From assembly GCA_050084515.1 (NCBI GenBank), contig CM114271.1, positions 42,470,001-42,534,000 of the forward strand: a DNA stretch of 64,000 nucleotides, in the 5' to 3' direction. This document shows positions 24,164 to 35,728 of the stretch, piece after piece. The notes beneath the pieces were generated by a model. The model did no database searches. It was not told the DNA's origin and saw nothing but the letters and a program-made list of their open reading frames with translations. The position numbers and the translations under genes were made by a program. Every line of letters starts with the position of its first letter. Positions within the stretch are counted from its first letter, which is position 1. This DNA is from Blasia pusilla (taxonomy: Eukaryota).

Positions 24164-25599
24164 CTAGAAGGTGTTAGCTGAAGGGAAGGTGCAAGGACCA
24201 ACATTTTTTATAGGAGGAGACCAACACATCAGGCCAATGCACCATACATAAGCCAACACACTATGGGCAAGGCAAGACATTAGGCCAACAGACCAAGAAC
24301 ATGCCAACACATCATGGCTAATACACACGCAACATACCAATACAATAGAGGCATGCCAACACATCATGAGCACAATCAACATAATCAAAACTAACAAGAA
24401 TGGTTAAGAAATAACAAGTAATCTAAATAAAGTGAGAGACTTACAACCATGGTGAACTTCCTACCATAGTTTGTAGAACTAACCATAGTTAAAACTTGTC
24501 GTGCGAATAAATATCGCTGCCAACTTACTTCAACTATCATGAGCACAAGTCTAAACAAGATCCATCTAACTATGAATCCTAACATATTTACATTTAAATG
24601 ATTGGAAAAACCCAATATAAAGTTGATATGAACTTTAAACTCTAGTGAAATCTGTCATGAACCATGCTTCATCCAAACATCCATATCAATGATATAAATT
24701 GTTGCAACAGTAGGAGAAAGTATGCAAATAACTCTAAATGCGTGTGATCTTCGATCAATCCTAGCTTATTCTTCAAAAGAGAATCCAAGCTCAATATTTG
24801 CAGGTTGCAATGTATCAAGGATCCCAACATGGGTTTGATCCTAGGGAAGATGAGCTTTGAATGAGCTTCATCCGAGGTATGCCTCCTAGGAACCTCCATG
24901 GGTGACATGTACACATAGGTAACCTCCCTCCTAGAAGGTCACTAATGACATGTAATACAAAAGGTACTAACTCCCTAACAACTGCACATGTGATCTTCTC
25001 TTGAGACCAACTACCAACTTATCCTTGACCATATGGCTCCATATATGTATAGGAGGGTCAACCTCTCCAAGGTTACCACTCTTCATAAAGGAAAGGATGA
25101 CCTACTCTCCTAGGTCGTCTCCTAAGAGCAAGTCACACATGACCTCTCAAAATAGGGAAATACAAGACCCTTCTAGGGCCTCGATACTATCTCACCCTAC
25201 GCCTCATCTATCATGACAAATTAAATAAAAAAATTAAGGAAAGGTTTAGAATAGCAAAAATTTTATATGAAATCCTAACGTCCAACTACTCTTAACTCTT
25301 GTGTTTCTTGCCTTTACGTAGGAACTTCACTCAAAGATCCTCCACTTAGCGTTGGCCCCTATCTCCTAAAACTAGACTCGGCTTTGGTGTGTTTCACCAA
25401 AGTTGATTCTCCTTGGATCTCCCAGTATAACTCATATTTTGGGCCCCCGCTAGCATGAGTGCCATAGCCATCTATCCCTACCTACCATGACATACATCTC
25501 TCGGATGCTAAGAGCAAAAAGGCCGGGTGCTCATCGCCCCATCATTAGTCGCCTTCTTATCATCCATGTCACATACACAAGTTGGAATCTAGAACTACC

Positions 25600-25760
25600 T
25601 AATCTATGTACATCTGGGGCACATCCATCGTTCTCGAGGAACCCTAGTGAGAGATGGCGTTTAACATGCCATATGCCATCCTCTCGAACATCCATCATAA
25701 ACTAGCATAGTGGCTGCACCATAGGCGGAACCACTCAACATACATCGCAAACCTACAGAA
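25600..25760 (-). other. Degenerate PHD finger at the C-terminus of the gypsy integrase
   Basis: RCMLSGSAYGAATMLVYDGCSRGWHMAC, then after a frameshift PSLTRVPRERWMCPRC; fits the C4HC3 spacing of PHD fingers with two Cys lost. Confidence 0.75.
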
Positions 25761-28659
25761 ACTACTGCTAAGCTCGGATCAATTGTACCGTCAATGTTAG
25801 GAAGATGACATGGCGCACAATTACGCACATAGTCCTTCCAAACCATATCATTGCATCCCTCCAATAAGAAAGCACCATATGGTAAAACCTCATGCACTCT
25901 CAAGATAGTGCACCCTGGAGTCACATTCAACGTCATGGGTGCCGTCTACTGCAAGTAGACATAATCTTCCTAATGAAACCTCATGATAATAGGTCGATAA
26001 CCACCTCCCCGAATAGTTGCATACCTCAACGTATCCCGATGCTACGCAATGGCCAAGTTCTCAAACGCCATGGGCATGACTCTCCGAAATGACTCAACCC
26101 TCTAAGAACATGCTCGCATCCATACATCAGGGTCATTAAGGTTCAACACCTCACCAACATCTCGACAAATGGTCGTAGGTAAATCTGGCTCTCGGCCATA
26201 AAGCAATAAGTACGGTGAGAAATACGCTAAGGATGTCTACTTGCTGAATCTGTATCCCATCGCCAGCCACGACAATAGAAGGTCCCAATCTCCTAGGTTA
26301 CCTCTTTGCAAGCCATACTTGCGCAATCCTCTCTTCACCGTCTGCACAACCCTCTCCGCTAGTCCATCTCGCAAAGTGGTGTGGTGGTTGATCAACGCCT
26401 TATCACACAAGGATTGAAACTCCCAACGAAACTATGTACCTTAGTCTGTCAACACTTCAGCTGGTATGCCATAATGACTCAACACTCAATCTTGGAAGGC
26501 ATACGCTACTCCCTCACTATCCACTTCGAGAAATGCTCGAGCATCACCAACACATAACGACTATGATGCTCCGTCAAAGATAAAGGTCCAGCAAAATCCA
26601 AACTCCATCTATAACCTAAACCAAAGATCAAAAGTGGATGCAACTATGGAGTCGGAGCATTGAACAAGGCCTAGACCCGATCACAAACCATACACATGGC
26701 AATAAATTTGTGAATGTCAGTTTGCATGCCTCGCCACCAATATTGTATCTAGAGCAAGCTATACGACCACTTCACTCCAAAATGACCCAACTCCTCGTGA
26801 GCATGACATACCAAACGTGCTCTCTGCAAAGGATGAGGTAGTAAATACACTCTATCATCCTCCCAAACTTGCAAGAGATGTGTCCCCTCCCACCGAAACC
26901 GTCTAGCTCGCTATAGGATCTGATCTCGCTCTCTAGCACTCACTATGCTCGCAACGCTGCCAATACGCAAGTACTCCAAGACTACTCCATCGTCGTGAAT
27001 ATCTCCGCCACCAATCGTCACCGGCCTTTGGATCTAAGGACTCTCCATCAGACCTCACCATTGAAGTCTCAGCAATCTGGCTCTCCATAGCCAACAAGCC
27101 GAAATAGGCTAACGTGTGCCATCCTGGCACCAACTTCTCATCACTCTCTCCATGCCATCAAGATGTAGTCGCATCTCGCCGACTCGGGCATGGGTTACGC
27201 CTCAAACCATCTGCATCCTGGTTGAGCATCCCAACTCTATGCACCACTGGAAATCATACTCCTACAACAACAAAGCCCACCTTGCAAGCTTCCCTGCAAG
27301 CTTTTTGGAATCCATCAACCACTTAAGTGGTTGGTGATTAGTAATAATGTTAAAGGATTGCCGAAAAGATAACAATGAAATGTGCAACAGCCTACACTGC
27401 AACCAAGCACTCATTCTCATACGAGCTATATTTTGCCATTACAACGTTATTTGAGCGACTAGCCACCACGAACTCTTTACCATCATCGTCATGCTGGATG
27501 AGCACGGCTCTAAGCTCCAACATACTCCAATCAATATGCAACTGGAAAGGACACCCCGTGATTGGTCTCCTTAGTATGGGCGGGGACATCAATCTATCCT
27601 TGGATAGCTGAAATACTCTCTCCTGCTCATCCCCCCAGTGCCACTCGTGATCCACCTTGGTCAGCAAGGTCAGCGGCTTTGCAATCGAACTGAAACCCTT
27701 GACTTACCGTCAATAGAAGTTTGCCAATCCCATGAATGCATGAACTCGACTCATATTTGTAGGGCGTGGAATGCGTGAAATAGTCTCTACCTTTGTCTAT
27801 TGCACACCAAGGCCACCTAGGACCTGGGTATATCGTATGACCCAGGTACTCAATCTTGTCATAGAAGAACTTGCACTTGCTTGGATGTAGCTTCAGCCCA
27901 TGGAACTGCAATCGTCGAAACGCCTCCTCTAGATATCGCTCATGCTCCTCAATTGTGGCGCTAAAGACTACAATGGCATCAATTTAACACCTAGCAAAAT
28001 CCACATCCATGCTTGCCATGCACATCCTTCTTGGCAAGCATGGATGCATATTCTCCATGCGACATCTCCACTAGTTCTGCTCCAACCAATCCTGGCTCCT
28101 ACTCTGAATCAGAGCCCTCTCCATATCACTGTACCTACAGGGTCGTCAAAAGATCGACATTTTGCTCGACAAATCAATGCGGATCCTTGGACCCTTTAGC
28201 AACCCAAATCATGCATGCTAAATGCAAAACAACTCTAATAACTCCTAAGGAATTGATGTATCCGGCGCTACTCTCCTCCTATTAACTTAGGGCCCATATT
28301 TGGCTCCCAAGTCTCCATCGTGACTACGGTAGGACTCTTCGGCGCACGTGTTGGTGGTTGCTATGGTGCAATCCCGAATCTAACAGTAAAACTTGGCTGC
28401 TCCCCTATAGCCACTTGCAAACTCTGATCTCCTCCATGTACAGTACTTGGAACCATGCTCAATTTTGTGGCTATCATCTCCTGGAAAACCTGCAAAACAT
28501 CCCAAGAAGTCCAAAGGTGTCTCTCCTGATCATTCCTGGTGTGTCGATCTCCTCGCGTCTTGCCCCCAACCACTACCTCAATCATCTTGGTAGGCATGGG
28601 GCTCACCAACGCAACAATTGTAATCTGTCGCAACCTCAAACGACGTTGCTCAGCTACTC

Positions 28660-29625
28660 TGAAGTTGTAAATCCATGTCAAGCAGTTCAGGTCCATTTCC
28701 TGACCCAAGACATGATGTCGTAATGCCTCTGAAAGTGACGATACTTCCGTCACTTCTGTGGGGAATTCCATTGCTCGCTCTCGCTCATCGGCGTTGGGCT
28801 CCACCAACCGTTGTACTTGATCATCCCAAACCAAGCCGGGCCCAACCTCCTTGAATGCATAGGAAGCGTGAAAACTCACAAATGTGGGAAAGGCTGCTCG
28901 TGGCATGCCAATCTTGTTAACCACAATCAACGGCGGTCGATCATTGTGCCTCACCATCTGTGATCGACAATCTGGATCTAGAATAGAATCCACCAACAAA
29001 TGAGAGGGGCGCTCCACTCTTGTATACGCCCTCCGCAAAACCTCATGTGGCACCAAGTTGGTCCACCAAAGACACATGCAATGTACTCGTGAACCTACAC
29101 TCTCCGCATCCAACAACATTTTCGGGCTAATCCATGCGCACACCTGATGTGCACTCGTCACCACTCGAATCCTCGAATCGCCCAAAATTGACACATTCTC
29201 TAGAATGTTTGTTGGAGAACGGGACTGATGCTCATGCAGGTGTTGCAAGATCTGCATCATCTCCCAAAACAACATGGACCGAGAGTCAGCTAACACGCTA
29301 CCTTGGCCTTCACTCGATTGGCCTTGACACGACCAACCACCAATGACCAAATTTGTGGTCCCTACCTGCTCCAAGTCATGCGCCCCCAACAATGAAATGT
29401 CCCTCGGTACGGAACGCTAGGATCCCTAGATGGCACACATATACAACAAGTCGGGAAATCGGAGGCGTAACTGCGCCATATGGTGAAGTGAAGCACGGCT
29501 CGCAACATCATCAATCTCAACATATAGGTACTGTTGCACGCGCACTCCGCCTGCAAAACAACAACTAACCCAGTGTTGATCCCTCCAAAGAGATCCAACA
29601 CGCGAATACCCTCCTCTAGGATGCA
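28660..29625 (-). pseudogene. C5 cytosine DNA methyltransferase domain (DNMT3-like) inside the gypsy pol
   Basis: Motifs in canonical order: I IRVLDLFGGINTG; II YLYVEID; III RDI; IV LVIGGWSCQG (GGxPCQ); V SRSMLFWE; VI ILENV; VIII LLDA...SRVHCMCLWWTNL (cf. DNMT3 IDA..SAAHRARYFWGNL); IX ERERAMEFPTEVT (cf. EMERVFGFP..T); X RHHVLGQEM (cf. RQRLLGRSW). One frameshift and two stops near the N-terminus. Confidence 0.9.
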
Positions 29626-32600
29626 CCACACAATCGGGGTGGTGTCCTAAGGGGTCATAGTAGCACTCTTGGCTACCTCGGGTTCCTTTGACCCGTCACG
29701 CTCTGGTGCAAACGCCTCACTCCACGCCGTCTGCATGTGCTCATCAACTAAACGTCAGAGCTCTTTACTCCAGCCCCATAGTGCCACCTCTCCTCCACGG
29801 ATGATGCGGCTACCATAACACTCCTCTCCCTAGAAGTGTGAGGCGCAGGGTTGTCCTTTGCATGGACATGCCCCTCAATCAAATCATAAGGCCACATGAT
29901 GGCACTACTAAATGCTGCTTAAGTTGCCATCTCTCCTCGCCGTCCCTCAATCACTCCATCCGTGAATCGCACAGGTAATGAACAAAGTCGTCCATCACCG
30001 GACTACCATCCTGGTCCGTAGGACGCTGACTCCTCCCAATAATCCAAAGAAAACCCCATCGGGTGCAACACTGCTCCCCCAACCAAGACGTCGTAGGACT
30101 CTACATCGGTCACGATCACCTTGGCTCGCACCACATACTCATGTGTAGGATGTCTGTATCCTGAAGGGACAACGCTCCACATCGGCTCTCGTCAAGCCCA
30201 ATCCTCTAAATGTCGCTTTCCCCAACATCAAGGGTTGTGCTCCCAAATCCAACAAGACACGTTGCGGACTAAAAAATCTACCTCCTCGAGTCATCAATTG
30301 GAAGACCTTTCCCCGATTGTCCAGCAACACAACACGAGGAGAAGCCATGGCAAGCTCTATCGTAGGTCTAGCGGGCATCTCCGCCATCCTTGCAGCCACA
30401 ACCTGCCATGAATCTGAGGTGGACAGCCCGAGCATCGGCTCCAAGGGCAGATCCATCACCTCCTTTGCAATCACCTCTGAATATGATGCATGAACACCAT
30501 CTCCACACTCATATAGCGTAGCGGCCGACCGGAAAACCTCGGCAGGCATACCTCCCAACGTCATAACATCGGAAGCAGAAAACAAAGGAGCACGGTACAC
30601 CATCGTGGCCGCCCCCAACATCATGCTTGACACATGCTCCTCCCAAACATTAACAATAGGATTCGTTGCACTCGCTTCTCCCATCGCCCTCTGTGCTGCA
30701 CACCAACACCATCAAGTCTCCGAGAACTCTGATCATGACACATCGATGGGTTCCTCATCACCTCGAACAACGCGAAAGACTGAGGAAGCATGATATGTTT
30801 CTTGGCTTCCCCTCTTTGTGGATCCAACTCGACGGCAGCTCCATGTGTAACAACAATGGTTGCCTCCAAGTGAATAGTCACACACATCCAGCCAGGATCC
30901 TCCATATCTTCGGCTGCTCCATACGACGTCGATGCCACGGATTTGGCATCGGATAACCTCAATGCCATAGTGGAAATCTACTCTTATAATTTTTGTATCC
31001 GAGGAGCCATCCTAGCCTCACACCCGATATCTCCCTCGACGCGTCTAGGTGGTGGAACTCTACCTCCTCCATGGGCAACTCCACCAACCCCTCGGGCAAC
31101 TCCAGCTCCTCGTCCCCCAACGAGACCACCTGGTGCACAACCTCTAGGCCCACTCGGACCGACAACTCGTTCTTGTGCCCTCTCGGGCCCTCGGTCTGGA
31201 CGTAACTCAAGGTGTAGGCTGAAACACTTGGCGCGTGTGTGACCGTACCTCTGACAATAGTCACACTGATAATCCCCTGGTGCAGCACCATCTTCTTCTC
31301 CATGTTGAGGCACACATCCATGACCCTGATGATTGCAATCGCGTTGGTGATGGGCTCCACCACATGCCCAACAAATAATCATAGGCAGATGTTGTTGAGC
31401 CATATATGAAGGCACAAGTCTCGATGGCACAGCCTCCCGATATGCTCCTTGCGCTCGTGGTGCCACAGACCTATCTTGGAATCCACGTTGCTGCATTGGT
31501 GGTGCGAGCAATCGTGATTGCTCTCGCCTAGAACTCATGGTGGCTACGCTCTCCTCTGCCATGTTGCGCTCAATGATCATGGCGGTCCTAAAAACATTTC
31601 TGAACGTGGCTGTGGTGTTCATAAGAAGCATCCCCTCCCGCACCCGTGTGCGCAGAGTTCGCTCTAGCATCACGTACCATGACTAGATAGCGTGGGACTC
31701 GGTCACCCCTTGAGTGACATTAATCAACCGGTGCAAGCAAGTGTAGGCCTTAGGAAAACTCTCAATCGGGTGCCTCTGGGAGTTGTGGATGCTCCGCAAC
31801 TTCTCCGTCCGAACCCCTGGTAGCTCGTCCTCACCTCCGCAAAGAGCTCAACCACAGGGTTGAACTTGGGACAAACCTGACTAAACGATGCAACTGCTCT
31901 AGTGCAAGTTGGCCCTCCTAAAACATCACTAGTGGAAGAGGAAGAAGCCTCTTCTGACTCCTCCTCCTCATTGGGAAACAGTTTAGTCCGTGACCTATAA
32001 TATGGATCATAGTAGAGTCGCCATGCCTCAATCTCCTGGGCATATATGTGGGAGAACTCAAGGTAATCGTCCATGGGCGCCCCCTCTAAATGCTCGAACA
32101 TACCGTTCCATGCTCTAAATGGGTTGAACTCTCTGGAGTTCCTAGCTCGTTGTGAGTCACACCAACTCCTAAACTGTGCAATAAAGTTGTGCAACTCTAT
32201 CGTGCCTATAGCACGCGAAAACCTATGCGGTCCTCTATCCCGGTTTTCCATCTTGTATGCCCAACTTGTAGGACCACTAATGTGTGCGGTGAATCACTAA
32301 CACACTCCTCTACACGCTCCCCCTCTTATGAAGACGACACAAAAGGAGTCAAGGTGGTACCTCACGTGGAGACCCTTGAAACCTCGCGCCACTCCGCGTA
32401 AATCCTCTAGAGCTACCCTAAGGTCCACCACCTCGCCTCTCAAAGTCCCGAAAGGACTTTGAGAGGCAAGGTGGACCTGCGGCACGAGGGTCATCACGGC
32501 GTGATGACCCTCATGCCCCTCTCACACGATCACTCTCAATCTTGCGAGTAGTCACTAAATCACTCAAACTAACATGCGACACTCAATCTACACTCTCTCA

Positions 32601-33814
32601 TAGAGACTTGTGCTGTGCGGCAACAAGCGACATGGTGCGGCAAATCGACTGATCTATCATCTCATGGACAAAACATATCCTCAACTCTGGATATCCCACA
32701 CAGGTCTATGTCCCCTAAACCCACACATCAATGATGCTCTCTATATCTGCACGAAACCCAATATCCCCAAATAACTGCCAAATACCCAAAATTCCCTAAC
32801 AAGTGCAGGGAAAAAGACCAGAATGGGTAACCTGAAAAAATGTCAATCGCTCCTCAGTAACTGAAACCTCAACCCCAACTCGGTCATGAAGAAAAACTCC
32901 TCCAATCAGCAAGTATTACTCCCCTAGTACTGACGATGCTCAAATTTCCTCAATGTGCGGTGCGGGTCCAACAGTACGGTGTGGTACTGGCGGCACAGAA
33001 CGACACATCACTCAAGAATGGGGTGCAGCACTCAGCGGCATATCCTCCTTTGTAAAAAAAACAATCTGATGTCCATTGATGGAATGGCTCTACGATCGAG
33101 ACGGTGCGGTGCGGTGCGGCCACAAGCGGCACCGCGTGACAATCGACGGCGCGTTGCGGCTACGGGCATCACAGCACGGTACTCGATCATCGGCAAGCGG
33201 CTGCCAATCACTATACATAGCGGAGCAAACAAGGAACCCACGACGCCATCAATCAAAATGTCACCTCAAACATCACGGCCGAGTTGGGGTCGAGAGAGAG
33301 CTTGAGAGCTCATTCTCTCTATGTAAATCAATGACATCTCTCTCAACATCTCACACCAAGCTCTCCATGGTGTGCACTCTCTCTTATGTCAAACCAAACC
33401 CACTCTCCTAATAAGAGGCTTGGGTTACACACACAAGGCAAGGAAGACCATAGCTCCGCCGCCTCATGCCAAGAAGTTCAACAAGGAGAGAATGAGCTCT
33501 CAAGCTCTCTCTCTTGGAGGTATATCCCCTTCCCTATCCCAAGCTCTCTCCTCGGTAACCTATGTTCCTAGGTCATCTCCTTGGATCTTGACATGCTGTA
33601 GCAGGTCAAGGGCAAGTTCCCAAAGTAGAAAGTCAACTTACTCGAAATAGTAAGTTTCTCTATATGGCTCCAAATGAGCCGAAACGAAGGTGGAACCTGC
33701 TCTCTCATGTTACTCGTGGCCTCAGCAGGTCATCCTCAATCCCCTGAGGTTGTCCTCTAATATCTCCGAAGGCGTTTTACTAGATCTTGTCAATCTATCC
33801 TAAAAGACGTAACA

Positions 33815-34260
33815 TTGTGTTTCATGCTTGAACATAATATGTTGAGGTGCACTATCCTTTTATCATAGGAGAAAGTGCTTGCAGGAGAAATTGATCTCGT
33901 GTATTTACCCACTCATCAGTCAATTTCTAATTTCTTTACAAAGGCATTTTCTAGAGATAAGTTTGAGATGTGTAGAAACAATTTAGGTGTTAGAGACATC
34001 AATTTGAGTTTGAGGGGGAGTATTGAAGACTAAGTTATAGTCAAACTCATTGGACACTCGAACTGCTACATTTGGTACTCCCATAAAGTAGGAAAGCTTA
34101 ATCTTGGTTAGTCCGTTAAGTGGGACTATTTTAACTAGGGTTAGTTAATCATAATTAGTCTAACTTAAGACTATGGTTATGGTTGCTTATACATACCCTA
34201 TATATTTGAGAAGGAGACCAGCCTCCATTCATTCTCTCATTGCAAAATTTGTTAATGCAT
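33815..34260 (+). mobile_element. Copia fragment (RNase H end, PPT, 3' LTR), same family as 2968-7972
   Basis: Reverse-complement match to ~3020-3465; PPT TGAGGGGGAG ends at 34020 and the LTR starts TATTGAAGA at 34021. Abuts the gypsy LTR terminus. Confidence 0.88.
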
Positions 34261-35728
34261 ATTGATGCGTGAACTTAGAGATCTGCAGCAGTTTTGTTGT
34301 GGATTGGATTGTGGACCTTCTCCATTGCACACAAATATTTATCGCTAAAACTCCGATTGGCATTTCCTTCATGGGAAGAACAGAAAGCATACTTATTGAT
34401 GGCCGGTTCATCCTGTGCATGCTCTAGGTCTGTCATTGCGTATTGCAACCAGCGAACAAAAGAATGAGAGGGAGGGACTCCGAGTGAGTGAGTGAGATCC
34501 CCTCCCTTTCATTCTTTCGCCATCTAGTGTGAGTGAGAGAGGGATGGGTAACAACTCAGTTAGTTATGGTTACACAAAGCACACGTCATTGGGGGTCCAA
34601 AGTGTGTGTAGCATTTTGACGTCAATGAATGGGCGAGAGAGAGAGGAACAGAAGTACGTACGTCCGCTCTACCCCCACTCGACAACAACAAACGCGACAT
34701 CCTATGACTGTGTGAGTGTTACTAGAGTGTTACCCTCATTTCCCGTCTGTTCATGTATTGCGTACGAGTGAGGCAACTCAGGAAAGGAGGCTCAAAATTT
34801 GGAGGTACCTCTAATCTTACACCCTCATGCACAGGTACTGCCCCTCTTGGTTCGGATGTGCCTCTAGTCTCTCCCCGATCAACCCTTAATTTTCCTCCCA
34901 ATCAAGTTTAATTAAAACTCAAAACCAGGGCCGCATAGTGGTTAGAGGGGACAAGTGTCACAACATAAAGCCACCCAAAGAAAAGGTGTAATCTAATAAT
35001 AATCTATTAATTTAAATTACTTATTTTCGGGGCAAAAGAGAAACAGAAAGAAACACGAGAGAAAGTGCGAAAAGAGTTCCCACTCGAATGGCATCTTAGA
35101 TTCTTATCATCTCTATTCTGTCGCGCATTGAGCGCGTTCCCGATCTCTGCGATCGATCGAATCTTCGATCCAGCGAGCGCGTCAGTGCGGGCGGCGAATG
35201 CCATAGCCACTCTCCGTGGGCGGGGCGGGAATTCCCCGTTTCGGGGTGGCCGTGTAAGTTTACGGGGACATAGAGTGATTTCCGATCCGTGTCAAACTGC
35301 GGGAGCTTTTTGCTCCCTCGAGCGCTCTCTGCGGCCCAATCCTAGTGAGTTGCGTAAGTGCAATTTCGGGGGAGGGCTGGGAGTGCATTTCGTCGAAGGA
35401 GTTCGACATGTGCGACGCCAATTGTTGGGAGTGTGGGAGGAACGGGGCAATGGAATTGCGGAATTGATGTGACCGCGTACTGGTTAGGGAAGCAGGCAAG
35501 CAGCGCGGAATGATGGCGAGGAGGAATTGGGCATGAGTGAGCGTGTTGCCTGGCAGATCTTGGTTGGTTGGACGGGTTCCGTAGGGGGAGGGGGCAGGGG
35601 AGATGGTGTGATTGGAGGACGGAAGGGCTGCCCGATCAATCGCCGCATGGTGGTTGTGGAGCTGTAGAGTCGGAGCTCCTGTGCAGTGGGTACTTTGGCG
35701 CAGAGGAGGACCCCTGGAGACACTGGCA

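Larger units (their letters stand above)
25560..33814 (-). mobile_element. Ty3/gypsy LTR retrotransposon with gag-PR-DNMT-RT-RNaseH-INT-PHD architecture, degenerate
   Basis: Gag from 32251 with two CCHC knuckles (CWACGGAHHQRDC, CDYCQRYGHTRAKC); protease RVLLDLGAQ...YDVLVGG; methyltransferase motifs at 28.66-29.62 kb; RT C-terminal half LKLHPSKCKFFYDKIEYLGH; RNase H FQLHIDWS...YSSYENECLVAV; integrase HEELGHFGV, YWWRGM and WSLDFAGP; PHD after LPYGAFLLEG. 5' LTR starts TGTTACG at 33814. Confidence 0.92.

Noticed and set aside
28660-29625. Host DRM/DNMT3 gene
   Set aside because: Intronless, flanked in order by protease and RT, motifs not permuted as in DRM, and no host N-terminal domains.
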